The notes: a model not told the origin generated them from the sequence alone. Counted from the first letter of the whole stretch, positions 1 through 13,398 are shown. The stretch is DNA of 60,191 nucleotides, filler included, from Gonapodya sp. JEL0774 (GCA_027604505.1; 4 parts of 4 records of this genome joined end to end with filler, not necessarily neighbours in it); one strand, 5' to 3'. Numbers and translations are program-made.

Positions 1-640
1 ATGGCCTGCTCGGTTTCAACGAGCGGCTCATCGACCACGCACAAGAAGAGATTCGGCAGGTACGTAGCAGTATCGCTTCACCATTGAGGTTTGTATCCTC
101 TAGTTTACATATCGATTGAGTAGGCTCTCCAAGTTGTGGCAAATTCCGAGAATCATCCTCTCGTTTTCCATTGCAGTGCCGGTAAAGATCGTGCCGGGCT
201 GACAGCGGGTAATTACTATATTGAATAATTTATCGCGACAAGATTGCGTCCACCAACTCTGGACTTTGTCCTTGAACATCATTAGCTCTCATTCTCTACA
301 TCCTCACCGTCCCGGAGCCCATCATTGCTGCCGACTACGCACACACGAACAAAGAGATGGGTCATTTGGCGGTGGATCTCAACAAGCACTTGGATAAGAG
401 CGGATTGGACGAGACGTGGTTCTTGGTGAAAGAAGAGGTTTGTTGACACCTGAGTAGCGCTAGAATGCTTTGATTGTGATATTTCGATGAAACTTTCCCC
501 CCGCACCCCCAAATTAGACCATGCACAAGACATTCACTTACATTCGTGATCGTTATGGATCCGTTGAGGCGTGGTTAGACCAGATCGGATTCACTGCGAA
601 TGACAGGAAGAACATGCGGGAGGCTTGTACAGCCCCCTGA
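1..640 (+). CDS. Tyrosine/dual-specificity phosphatase (Y_phosphatase3/IphP-like), 5' truncated, spliced
   Basis: Exons translate PLVFHCSAGKDRAGLTA (CX5R P-loop, ~155-207), ALILYILTVPEPIIAADY and TFTYIRDRYGSVEAWLDQIGF; TGA at 638-640; GT-AG introns. Confidence 0.85.
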
Positions 641-1146
641 TATGTTGATCAGGACACAATTTTCCAGTTTGTCAGAGTAGTGGAGCTTTTGTGTTTATAT
701 CTCAATTGAAAACTTTTAACCGTGTAATAAGGATTGAGGGGGGTCGTGCTTAATTCAGCTCTGTTTAGTGCGCCAGCTCTTTATTATGAGGACTTACAGA
801 ACATTTGTCGTCCGACGGCGGAAGAGGGGATGACCGAGAGCAAACGCAGTTGCATAGGTTTTAGATACGAGGGTGTCTGATTTCGACAGTGACAACAGAA
901 TGATACCACATATCACTATCTTGGAGATCACTCCCGAACTGTCTGGACCAATCGAGCGACATCAGTATCAATGCACACGCCACAAATCTCCAAACGTTGC
1001 AAAACCACGCAATTTTGCAACACTGTGACAACTGAATTGGCGGAACGGGAAGTATGAATGTCTAAACGAATGCTTTTGCTTCACCACAACAGCGCTACGC
1101 ATCGTTATACAATCCATCCTATTCGCTTTATACAGCGCTGCACGCC

Positions 1147-3211
1147 TTACAATGCCGAGGCACCCTGAATTGGTGCGGGAGTAAAAGAAATTCGCGAAGT
1201 AACATGTGCGAGGGAGAGAAGACAAGGCGATTGAGTACAAAGAGAGAGCTTGGTTGCTCGCCGCTCGCTCCTTGGATCCTCACCGTGATAATGTCCACGA
1301 GCTCATTCGTGATGGCGGCTTGACGGGTCCGGTTGTAAGTGATTGTGAGCTTCTGGATGATTTCGCCTGGACGGGGACATGTACATGAAGGGGACGAGCA
1401 CGTCAGCAAGAGCAAGTTCCCACACGTCTCAAAATTACGACAGAGATATTCGTACACACCCGCATTCTTGGTCGCGTTCTCCATAGCCGTGCGTCTCGCG
1501 CTCATCTCCGCCGCATGTCCCTCGCTTAAGGCCCAGAACAAAGTGTTGGCCAGGTGGAATTGTTCCATATCGGTGAGCAAGGTCGATTCGTCTTCGGGCA
1601 GCTCGTAGGCGCGGAAACCGGCTAGTGGGAGATGGAGGGGTGGGGAGAGGAGGATGGAACAGGACCGATGAAATGATTTGCATGGTGAGTAATCAATTCT
1701 ATATTACTCACGCGCCTCCGCGACATGCTTGGCCTTGATCACATCAATCGCCCCAGTGTCGAAAGCGATGACACTCCGGAAGTTGTTATACACGACCTGG
1801 ATCTTGTCAACCTCGTTTCCCGTGCCTGCGGCCACGCTCTCCAGAATCCTCTCTGCTACAAGACTGGTCTCGTAAAAAGTAGGGCCGTTCTTGGCCACTT
1901 GGGAGAAGCTGACTGCAAGGCTGCCCTTGGTGTTTCCACGGTTGAGTTGGGAGCGAACCTTGTCGCCGATGACGGCGTAGAGGACCTCAGACGGTTCGTA
2001 GGAGCGGCGGATGTACTTGGACACGGAGGAGTGGATGGAGCCGCAAAGACCCTTGTCAGAGGAAACGGCGACGACGAGGGTTTTGCCGGGGGCAGACTCG
2101 GCGGGGATAGCGAGGTGGTTGTAGAGGGCTAGGGTGAGATGAGAAAAGTCATAAAAGTAGAAAGCGGTTACGCCGTCCTCTCCGCGCAGAGAATTGTACT
2201 CTCTCTAGTGATTCGCAAGTCACGGGGTGCAGTCCAAACTTCGCGGAGCTCAAGTCCCATTGTACTCACCTCTATCCGCCTTTCCGTATACCCTTGCAGT
2301 CTCCATACCTCTCTGCGCCCTGTTCATCTTGGTGGAAGCAATCATCTTCATGGATTTGGTGATTTTGGAGATGTTGGAAATGGACCGGAGTCTGAGTTGA
2401 ACTGTTGGTGGTAGAATGGGAACAAACAAAGTGAGAAATACGTGAAGACAGCATCAATTAGATGAAGGAAGAGTGTGGAGAATATGTAAAAATGAAGATG
2501 TCGTTGCAAATTGGCAGGTAAATGGGGTGGGGCCAGCATCCGACAATGCTGAAATAGCGAGCTCCATCTGAGCTGCTGCAATACACAGCCACCGTCAAGC
2601 ATGGAATATCATCGGGGTTAACCGTTCTGCATTGAATTATCGGTGAAAATTCCCAATCCTAACACGGCGAGCTCTTCCCTTCTTGTGCCCACTTTGACAA
2701 GAAACTATAAGCGATAATTGTAAACCCACTTTCCTTCAAGGTCGCCATGTCACGCTGCTGGGCCGCGAGGGAGACGGAGCTGAGCAGATGTGGAACATAG
2801 GGGTGGGTAAAACATGTCCAAACAATCCACGAAACAAGACCGGACCACTCGCGCACGTCTGGAGAAGCAACAAATCCACGGAGCAAATGTTGTAGCCGTG
2901 TTCAGGCAGCAGTGGTCGAATCGCTGCGATCGTCACGTTCGTTCATTGCTTGTGCAGATTTTACTGTTCAGCGCAAAAAGGTTCACGTCTTCATCGTCCA
3001 ATGCATAGTTCCCCATCCAGTATCGACATGCTGATAGAGCCTACGTACGACCCTGTATCCACCCGCGCCATCGTTGTATTTCCAAGTCACTGACGTCCGT
3101 GTCTCTCATGGTCCACTACACATCAACCCGAGACACGCACCCAGTCGCCAACTGGGTTGGCTGGAACCCGGCCTTGGCAGCCAAGAGTGGGCGAGCTGCG
3201 AGAATTGACAT
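1147..3211 (-). CDS. ATP3: Mitochondrial F1 ATP synthase gamma subunit
   Basis: Exons 3211-3141, 2779-2730, 2401-2270, 2128-1712, 1621-1460, 1366-1284, 1164-1147 splice in frame: presequence [13 protein letters not shown], then [76 protein letters not shown]. Confidence 0.96.
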
Positions 3212-3336
3212 TGCCGCGGTTTGGGAACGAAGTCAGAACTGGCTGGACTTCTCTGAAAAAATACGAGTGGCTGAGCCACGCGGGTGATGCCCGTCACCAG
3301 TTGCCTAGACCACGCGAGGAGGGAAAGGCGGCGACG
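3212..3336. promoter_or_regulatory. Putative bidirectional promoter between ATP3 and OPA3
   Basis: Only 125 bp separate the two divergent ATGs. Confidence 0.6.
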
Positions 3337-4744
3337 ATGGCAACGGGTATGTTAAATATTCGCTCTGCAGTTCTCCATTCCAACGGAATTTTGTACACCC
3401 TCCTTCATCGTTTCGATGGGCTCCTGTGTCGCTTCCATGAACTCCAGTCAAAATCGGATTCCTCGCCATCAGAACCATAGCCAAACCTGTCACCGCAGCC
3501 ATCAAATCGGGTGCCAAGGTATGCTGGTAGCTGAGCATATGACTCCCTCGCCTGGCTTCCAAAAGTCACATCTGCTCTCGGTCATTCCATCCCGGCCCGA
3601 CCGCGCAAAATCGCATCAACATCATAGAACCACCCCGCGTTTAAATCCTTTTGTGTCAATGTCGCACAAGCATACCATGCTGTTGATATCAGGCTCAATG
3701 CCTCCCTCGCCGGAGGACCCGCCCCCGACAAAGTGAGACCTTTGTCTGAGGCAAAGTGAGTGAGTCGAAGTGCGCTTGGGCTCAGTCTACGGAAAATACG
3801 AAATCATAAGGTGGAGCATGGACCTAATACGATGGCTGGGTTACATTTGATCAGCTCGAGGTTGACCCTTGATTGTTGGACTTTTTCCTTTCGATTCTTG
3901 GACCTACCTTCATTGGATGACCTTCCCTTACATATGTTTTTCAATACCTTTCTAGAGCAGTCGAACTTGGTGCGGACTTTCTGGGCGAATTCCTGATGTT
4001 CGCAATCGCAGCGGGAATTATATTCGTTGGTGCGTTCTTAACTGGGAACTTGAGAATGAGCGGATTGGAGAAATGGACATCCATTGAATCCGTCCGTGGG
4101 TACATTCCTAACTCGGGAATGCCGACCCAGCCCCCCGAAATCTTGTACCCCTTCACGGAAAAGTACGTCCTGGGCTCCCAACTAATCTGCCTCTTTGTCC
4201 CCGCCATCGGCCAGAACAATACCGTTCCTCTTCATCCTCCTCGAAAAACCAACAGTCTGTCGCCACTTCCCTCACTTCACTATCCGCCTCAGCTGCCGAA
4301 TCCTCTGAAATCCTTCGAAGCCTCGCTTCCGACCTCCAACAACTCAGCCGCCGAGTCGAGCACCTTGAGATCAGAGTCAATGGCCTTGCGGGACTGGGCA
4401 AGGTGTTGGAGGAGGATCCGGAACAAGTGAGGAGGGGGGAAGTAGCAGCGTACCATGGGCCGAAGGAGGGACGAGATGCGTTTGAACGAGGGAAAGTGAG
4501 CGGTAACACTGGTGAGAGCAGAACAAAGGAAATCATCATCGTGCTTGACCCGGGAAACCCAGAAGAGGCGCCACATAAGTCAACGGCAAGTGGACTGGGT
4601 GGTTGGTGGCCGTGGATGTTCGGCGGTATGGGACACGCTGCGGGTTCGTCTGATAGGAAACTTGTCGGCGTGCCAGCTTCAAATGTAAGTCCAGAACGGA
4701 AACTGGAGGGGAATTTGCCGCCAGGTAGTACTAAGGGCGGCTAA
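3337..4744 (+). CDS. OPA3: OPA3-family mitochondrial protein
   Basis: Spliced MATVKIGFLAIRTIAKPVTAAIKSGAK-NHPAFKSFCVNVAQAYH...VRPLSEAKAVELGADFLGEFLMFAIAAGIIFVEQYRS, then coiled coil; TAA at 4742-4744. Confidence 0.88.
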
Positions 4745-5315
4745 AATCAAGAACTGAAGTTTTATTTATTGTGTGAGCAGAATTGGGTTAGCATTTACAT
4801 AAACACGATTGCTTCCACAGTCCACACATTTGGAATGCCCCCGATACATTGAATGGGAAATATTATTGTGATTATTTGAATTAACATGTTGTGGAAGTGA
4901 TAAGCAAACGAACAGGCTATTCTGCTGTTGATCGACATGCCCAGCGTGACGGGCCGGAACACAGCAGCTAGAAGCGAAAAGCAATAGGGGAAAGATGCGA
5001 AAGTTGACCAAATGATGCAAGCAGATGCTTTAAGGATTGAAAGTCCAAATTGCAAGAATATCCAACGAAATGCGCCGCATGGATCCGCTCGTTGATTCGA
5101 TCAGCTCCAAAGATCACCACCACCCACCCTGCTCAAGCCACGGAGTCGAACTGCCCATGCAAGTTTATCGCGATGTTTGCAGCGTCAACTCAAAAGCAAA
5201 AAACACGGAAGACCCCACGTCCCCGCCCTTCCGAAAAGCGCGGCATTCGTAGTCCGCACCATCACGATGGTTCCACAACATCGCACCACACCGCGCACAC
5301 CTCAGCTTTGTCTCT

Positions 5316-6732
5316 TCACATCGCCCGAGTTCTCCACATCTCCTCCGACTCGTTGATGGTAGGGTGGCCGTGGTGAATGTACGACACCATCATATGGCGC
5401 CAGGCGATCCCCTCCACCTCCCCCTGCGTGTCCACTCCATACAGTCTCCGCATATCATTGTTCCATCTGACTGCATCGCGTTGGCGGTCTGGATCCGGAT
5501 TGTCATTTGCGGGGTTTCGGGGTCTCCAGCCAGGGAAGCGATCACGTGCGATGTACAACTGCACCTGTCTCCACTTTTGCAGAAGCCTGAGTCGAGTGGT
5601 CAGCTGTCGCATTACCACTGTACGGGGCGTATGATTTTCGATGAGTTCGTCAACAACAGACACGAAAATTTGGGCCTCCCGGAGACAACGAGGTAATGAT
5701 CTTCGCTCAGATCTTTTTTGATTCTCATCTCCGTGATCGCTCCTGTCAACTTATCTTCACCACCATGATATGCGAGGGCAAGAGCTTCTACCACAGAGTC
5801 ATAGAAGTATCCAGGAACTCCTGGAAAGCGGCAGTTCCGAGCATCCTCCATAAGAAACCGAGAACGCCATACTTTTGCCCAAGGTTTTCGGCAGAGTCAG
5901 TGATGCTCAACGCGCATGAACCGCACACTTGTGGTGCACGGCGGCAAGACAAGCTCACCCTCCCTCCCGACCTTGTCTTCGCGCAAACACAACATTTCCC
6001 GACCTTTACTGGTTCCAATACAGCGGCGTAAAGAGTGACGCGCAGTTGAGCAATTGAAACCGGGATCGGGATTTTTGCGTTCGATGCGATCACCACGGCT
6101 TCGCCGAAACGGATAGGAGTTTCTGGGTTGTACCGATCCACGATGCGTTAATGCGTTACCCCCTTGAAGCTGCCACAAATGTGCGATAGAAAGACCACAG
6201 ATGCACAAGATCCGCGGATGTAGTTCAATATCTTGGAGAGCGTTTCCCGTGGGAGGGAAGAGATCGTCATAGCAGGTGTGGTGAGATTCAGGAGAGGAGG
6301 CTGAGCCGGGGGAGAAGTTTCCGGCAGCACGTGAAGTGAGGAGTCTGTAGACGAGGCTGTCTCAGAAGAGTGAGACGAGGAGGCTTGGTGATCGAGTGGT
6401 GGGGGAGAGCACAGAGCGGTGTATTGGGATGCTTCGACTGTCAACGCGTTGGAAGCCAAGACGGTGGATGATGGCAGTGTAGGAGGGGGCGATGAGAAAG
6501 GGTCCTCCAGTGCAGGAGGAAAAGACTTTTCGCATGGTTTCGAAGTTTCGGGTGTGTCACCGAGGAGACTCGCAGATAGGGCAGGCTCGCAGGACGCTGA
6601 CGACGGAGAGAGCGTGGAAGCAGATTGGTCTCCGACGGCTTGACTTAGACGAGGTCTTTTATGAGCAATTGCCGCCCTCCACCTCTTGTTGTGAGCCTTC
6701 TGGTTGGTTTACTTCATGGCCGCGTTGGGCAT
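5316..6732 (-). pseudogene. F-box-like protein pseudogene with Cys-rich segment
   Basis: ISSLPRETLSKILNYI F-box-like motif (~6225-6265); CCVC and CRRAPQVCGSC motifs; in-frame TAA at ~6709-6711 and 6148-6150; frameshifts near 5850 and 5660. Confidence 0.55.
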
Positions 6733-7411
6733 CCTTACCGGGCACGAACACTCCGATCCAGTAGTATCGCGATAGTATATCCCAACGGTGCACTTGGTGG
6801 TTTGTAAATACATATAACCCGCACTACCACTCTATTTTCGAACATTTTGTGTTGTCCGGGCTCCCCATGGCTCATGTTTCAAACTGTCGTCCTGTCTTTC
6901 ACGTGCTCAGAATAATTGGAGATACATAAAGGTTGTTTGCAATTGGCCTCCATCTCCGTGACATTTCAGACATATGAACTTCCAATATCATCACTGTAAA
7001 TTTGAGAGAAGTAATTCGCGGCATGACATATAGTAATCTGAATTACACTCATTCGCGGCGTACGTAAGCGTTCAATTCAGACATCCATGCGCGCTAAGAC
7101 TGTGATTTGCACGATCACCGCTGCGCCTCGAGGTTGTAGCCTGTCGCCTCATGCGTATGGTCCAAATTCTGCATGGTGGTACGTCCTTCCGCCGCTCCGG
7201 TGCCGCTCGCACCATCACATACTGGAATGGTCCATCCAGGCACGGTACACGCCACACAGCATGAGATAAAATGAGAATGTATGCACTGCTGATTACAGTC
7301 CGAAGACAATAAGCTCAGCGTTACACAATCAGTTAATCATGTAAAGAAACAATAATGTACGGTGTGACCCTGTCTCACTCCTCTGCACCCGATCTCAAAA
7401 AATCCAGCATT

Positions 7412-10205
7412 TTAGGTTGGCCCTCCTGACATGGCTGTCTCCCCAACATCTCGGTCCTCCAATTGTTGCTGTCGTAGCCTGACCGCCTCCTCCTCCGAGT
7501 TAAGACGCATTTCCCGTTCATCTAGCTTCTTCTCTCGTTCAGTGAGTGCACTTTCTCGTAGCGATAGTCCCCGTGCGGCGGATTTGTAATACTTGATGAC
7601 ATCAGGGTCCTTCGCGAACTCTTCCCGTGTCTGAAGTATGAGAGGAGCATACATTTCAGCCATGTCAAAACTACTAACCGCACGAGATTTTGAAGAGCGA
7701 GCATAGAGAACTCACCAGCAATTGCATGAGAACTTCTATATACTCTGTGCTCGCAGCACAGCAATCGACATCACCCTGTTCTTGCTGTATCTGCAGCTTT
7801 TGGGCGTGCGCCTCGAGTCGCACCTGAATTTGGCGCATATCTTCTTGCAAATCGAGGTTCCAGGAGACTTTTCTCTTGATCTCGGCTTGTTCGGTCTCAA
7901 TCTGAGTAGATTTGAGACGATGGGGTTGAGTGTGGCGCGTCAATATAACTCCTGTTCGAGTAGCGAAGGAGAATCAGAACATACCCGATTCAGTCGTTGT
8001 TTTAGCACTGGAAGTCAACAGCGATATGATATCAGTGAGTTGGAAAGAATAGGACAATATATACGACATTGTCAGGGAAGAACACGCATCACTACAGTTG
8101 GAATTGAAACTTTGAAAGACGAGAGACTCACGGAATCTTTGTGTTGTAAGGATCACCCGTTCTGCTTGGTCTACTGCCATTGAGAGCGATCCAGGGCATG
8201 CGACTCCCGCTGTTTCTTCTAACCCAGTTGACTCTTGTGCTTCGTTCTGTCGCAAGATTGCGGGTCCTTTACCTTTATGGACGCTGCAAGTTGGCGATGA
8301 GGTTTCCGTGCGAACACCCTGACCGTCAGTCGACTCCGATTGGACCGAGGTGGGAGACCATACGAGAAGAGTTGACGAACCGTTCATACAGGATGAGACA
8401 AGGTTGAGGATAGTATCGGGATGAGTATGTCAAGAGATCAGGCCATATGTTGCAACATAGCCGCTCCAACCAAATACAACAACGAGAATGGAATACTTAC
8501 AGGGGGCTCGGCCTCCTTTGGACCACCAAACAGTAAGCTTGCAATTGCAGGGCGCGGAGAAGCGTCATATAAGAGTGGGGACGGGGTGTTGGGGACCGGT
8601 GTAAATGTCGGGGAGGGTGTTGGGTCTGGCGTAGGACCAACTATAATGTCGTCGATCTGTTGATTCAAGGCGCATAGGGGGATTGGAGTGCGAGAACACC
8701 AATGATGATATAGTTCATAGGAGAATTGGTGATGGGAGATGATTGAGATTCTAATCACCCAAGCCGCAGTAAGTGGGAACAATGCCTCGTCAACGTACCT
8801 CATCTTCAAGGGTACTTAGCGTACTTGCAGCGATGGCTAATCCTGACGCGTTAGACGGGAATAATCCTGGAACGGAAGGTAGCGCGCGGTGAGGAAAGGG
8901 GGATTGATATGGTGGAGGCGATGTGCAGATTGGGGCAGGTGATTGGACTGGCGCGGGTGGTGCTGAATGTGAGTGAACCGGAAGTGTAGTCAAAAGCAGA
9001 AGGAATTGTCGGAGCAAGTTCTCATACCGTTTGAAGGTCCAAGAGAAAATGATTCTCCTGCTCGAGGTCGCTCCGGGAAAGGTGGTACGCCCAATGCTGA
9101 ACTCGACGGAGATTGATCATCTTGCTGAACGTGAATGAACGCACAAACACCACCAATTAAATCGCTCAAAGGAATTCATAAACGTCAAACTGACTCACAG
9201 TGACACGGGGCATGGCATCATCCGTTGCGGGAGAGCCCAATTCTTCGATAGATCCTCGTTCCGCGGTTTCGATCGAAGAGGCTGGATGTGGCACCAATCG
9301 GAGTACCGCTTTGTCATCCATTGGCGCGTTGATCTGTGTGTTGGGAAACGTATAAGGAAAGACAAGTGCGTAGCCAGGGAAATTTCATTGAGAAGTTCAT
9401 CCACCCAAAGACACCGCACCATGTGACATGAAGACATACCCACCAACTCATTCAATTGATTGGCAAGTTCGATTTGCGCAGATGCGGTGGATCCGAGTGA
9501 GGTGGAGTCTGAATTGGTCACTCGAGCGGGCATTTCTAGTACGGGTGGCACAATCGGCGGGGCAGATCCAGCTTGGCCGTGCCAATGTATTGTTGATGGT
9601 ACAAATTGAATGATGGAAAATCCGAATGGAATCAACTGTGGAGCGATCTTTCGGAGCAGATTGTACGTACCGTCATGATCCCCCAAGATGTATTGATAGC
9701 GCGAAAGCGGTTCCGCCCACTGCAACCGCTTCCCATCACGAGTGCGCGACGATAATTCCCTGTTGGTCGTTGTAGATGCGACCAATTCAGCCTTGAAAAG
9801 AGTGGTGACAGTGCATGAACATGGATTCTAATTAACCTGGTCTCCACGGTTACTCACATATGGTCTGATACGCAAAGAATTTCCATTTGCGTTCTGGTCC
9901 ATGGCTCTATTCGTCATGTCGGAACTCTCCGCGACAACGGACGCAGTGACAACTGGCGAAACTCCCGACGAGAGGGGGGGCGTCCTTGTCGAGCGAGTCA
10001 GCAGCACGCCGGCAGACGCAGGCTCAGGAGGATTTTTGTTTTTATACTGCTTGTGAGAAAAACCGCGCATCCCTGCAGGAATTAAGGCAGCTGTCAAAAC
10101 AAGCGTCACTCGAGATGTTTCGTCAGTTCCGTTCGTCCTTACCTCCATCATCTTCTCTCTCGAGCTCGTTCGAAGCTCGACGCTTCCGCGATGGCGAATG
10201 TGCAC
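7412..10205 (-). CDS. Hypothetical multi-exon protein with Pro/Ser-rich linker and C-terminal coiled coil (may be more than one gene)
   Basis: Chain of minus-strand ORFs (9828-10205, 9195-9785, 8790-9017, 7974-8387, 7674-7943, 7412-7663) bounded by GT/AG sites; heptad-like EREKKLDEREMRLNSEEEAVRLRQQQLE. Confidence 0.4.
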
Positions 10206-12510
10206 GAACTAAATCCATAGAGGGGAAAGTTGTGTGTCTTCAGGGGGCACCAGCATTGGGACGGTGCGGGCCGACCTATTTTCCCTTTTCAGGAAAAGAA
10301 ACCCCTTTCCCAAGGTCACTTCGAGTCTGCGACAGAGTCTAAAGCAATCCAGCCGTTAGGCCCGGCTGAGAACTCTCTGCTACAAATCCAGCAATAAACC
10401 TATCAAACGAGCGACCATGCACTCGTCGTTTCGTCTGCGCATTATAACATAAATTCTCCTCGCCCTTACTACGGGGTGTGGGGAATACACTGTTGAATAA
10501 AGTTCGAGGCTTCCACGGTGTTGTGCTTGTCTTGAGAAACCGTGGACGTATAATCGTGCCATGGAAAAATCCGGTTTTCTCCGGTCAGACACAGAACACA
10601 CCCGAACACCAAGTGACTCCAAATTTCTGACGGCCCAACGTGGACCCCTCCGAACCCCCGACTGCCGCATGAAATAGGGTCTCCTGGCTCTCAGCTGCTG
10701 AGCTCGATGGCTGACCGGTGCTCACTCGGCCGGTGCGGTCACCGATAACTGCGGGTCGGGAGATGCTGAGGCCGTAAGACGAACGCTGGGACGGGGCGGG
10801 AAGAGGCGCAACACTCCAAGTGGGCCCAAAGGATACGCTAGCAGGTATGCTGTCTTTGTTATGGAGCACTACGGGGCCCGGCCTCCTCGTGGCGTGCTCT
10901 GGGAACCGGACGCAAGTCTGGTTGCTAGCGGGGCCCCAATGCCTTTTTCCGTTTCATTTTTATCGCTAATCATCTTTCTCGAATGATGTGACCGGCCAAG
11001 AGCTGTAGCAAAGTACGTTATGTGTTGATCTCAGGCGCGTGCGCCTCGACTCATTGCACATTCCTACTTTGTATTCGTGCGATAATTTTTTTCAACAAGT
11101 GATTGGCTGATGCAGAGATTCTTTTAGTGTTGGTGTTTTTAGTCGGCATCTGTCTGTGTCGTTGAACTGGCATGCAGGACATTATTGGACTCGGACAGCG
11201 TCTTAGGTCATGGGAAGACCACGGACACATGGCGTATGCATAACGCGGCTCGACATTCCGAGACCAGCTTGGACACGGGAACTAGGTTCCTTTTTCCCAT
11301 ACTTCTCCTTTGTTCTCGAGCATGTGACTTTGACTCTCTTATATGTGGAGACGCGAGACTGCATGGACTTTAGTTTGTAAACAAGCGACCTTTAATAATA
11401 GCTGGAGAGAGTTACACAGAATTTTTAGGCTTGGCTCGCTCTCGTTCTTTTTTTCCGAATTGTTCGTGAGTCTTTGACTGTGGTCCTCTGTCATTCCACT
11501 CACCCACATCGTTCTAGATCTCCATTGAATAAAGACAGATAAGCTAGGAGAGGTTGAAAACATCACTAGTAACCTATAAGCAACTTTGAGATGGGTATGC
11601 TGTTCCGTTGTCTGTACGCCGTTAGGTCCCGGTCCTCCGTGCGTCCAGCATGTGATTCCGAATTGATAGGTCCGAGATGTCCCGAGGTTTCAGTGGGAGC
11701 ACTCCGAGAGAGAGTGGGGGACCTCTCTCGGGTCCGAACAGAGCAAAGACATCAACATCGTGCAATCAACAGTGTGCTCTTCATTTCTTCCACTAGCTGT
11801 CCGAATCCCCCAAACTGGTTGCACTCTTTACCCCGACAGGTCCCGTCAATCAATGTCGATGGTGCTCGTAATATTGTCCACGTTCAAGTACAACACACTG
11901 GAAAAAATCCCCCCCGTTACCAACCCCGGGTAAATGAACATCCAGATTCAGATCTTGAAACATGATTTATGACCCTGCAGAGTCTCAAGGTGCAGCAGGG
12001 AAAGTTGACAGAACGAGACATATTGCGAGCAAGAAGGCGACGTGACGTAAGAGCAAGGCAACACCTGCTCACTCACCACCTTTGTAGAAATGTTCACGCG
12101 AGGTTCTTGCAATCATCGGGAACTGCTGGGGGCTATCAGTTGAGAAACCGGATAAGATCGTTCGAGGAGTCAGAAGAATGAAACCTCATAAGCTGGCAAT
12201 ACTCACTCCATCCCGACGATCCAAGAATGCTCCAAGATTGCAGCTTGGACATCGCGTGATATTGCCAGCAACGCGAGTGACGTAGAGTGATGGACGCTGT
12301 CGACCGATTATAGACCAGGATTCGAGCCATACGACTAGGAGGCACGATCCATCACTCACCTTCTCCGGCTAATCGCCTATCGTCCGGTTTGTGCCGAGGT
12401 TTGTGCTGACTCCTCTGGAAAGTGATGTGATTTGAGATTGATGGTCAGTGAGTCAACTTATCAGTTCTTACATGGCTGTCAGGATATCCGGTTTTCCCTG
12501 TGGCCAAGTG

Positions 12511-12592
12511 CCAGGAATTCCAGGCGTCTTCGCATTTTGTCCGGAATTCCTGGCACCATTGTCCGGAATTCCGTGATGGTGCGAGGAATTCC
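12511..12592. repeat. Four GGAATTCC palindromic motifs; probable DNA-transposon subterminal remnant
   Basis: GGAATTCC at ~12514, 12543, 12565, 12585. Confidence 0.5.
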
Positions 12593-13039
12593 GTATGTCC
12601 TTTTTTATTGTAATGTTGCGGGGCTTCAAGTATAAGTATAATAAGAGAACTAGAACAGACTATTCACCTCCATATTAGTCGGCATTCTGTTCTGCTCACG
12701 CTGACCAGGCATCCATAAATGGCAAGGCTGTATCAAGTATAAACGAAATACGTTTCCATCAGCTGACTCCGAGGGCTGGCTGCTGCCACGCTTGAGATGA
12801 ATAGTTTCGTGTGCAGCTTTCGGCACCACTCGACCGTAGGAGCGGCATCAGTTGTCGCACTCTATGCCATACAATTGTAGTTACAGGTATCTAGCAGTAA
12901 GAAACATCTGATAGTTGTTGTCATTCGTGTCCTCCATTCAGTCAGAATGGTCGATGTCGTCCATCCAGGAACTCGCGTGTGGACACGCGGCTTTGCCACA
13001 GCTCCGATGTGGATTCTCGTGGACTCTGTCTTTCCATCC

Positions 13040-13398
13040 ATGGTGGTAAAAAGAGATAGAGAGGAGACTGTATCGTTACCAAGGTATTCTTGAATTCCCC
13101 TCTCAATTTACCACGTGGTACATTTCTCAGAGTGGTAATCGAATCTCTAATCGGGAGGTTGGTATCAACACAACGTGGTATCATGCTGATTACCATAGAT
13201 GATTACCCTATGGTATTTTATTTGAATGGTATTTTGCCAATTACCTATGGTCTAATGTACCACATGGGTCTCAGGGGGTGGTAAATGGGTGGTAAAGACA
13301 CGTTACCCGTGAGGTCTCAGAAATTACCATCCAGGGTAAAGCTCACATTGGTAAACGGATGGAAATCAGCCATGGGAATTACCTGATTTTTCCCTGTG
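13040..13398. mobile_element. Non-autonomous DNA transposon end (CMC/EnSpm-like) with TTACC/GGTAA subterminal array
   Basis: Roughly twenty TACC/GGTA motifs in both orientations; ends TTTTTCCCTGTG (CACAGGGAAAAA on minus strand). Confidence 0.5.

Noticed and set aside
6148..6711. In-frame TAA as an alternative genetic code
   Set aside because: ATP3 and OPA3 terminate normally with TAA, and the locus also has frameshifts
11591..12345. Exon-like minus-strand fragments with a CPSC motif
   Set aside because: Could not assemble a consistent ORF or assign a family
12300..12345. GGCTCGAATCC T-loop-like motif (tRNA?)
   Set aside because: No cloverleaf or A box in the flanking sequence
12511..13398. 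Short spaced repeats as a CRISPR-like array
   Set aside because: Repeats are only 5-8 bp, irregularly spaced and in both orientations, with no cas genes, in a eukaryotic context
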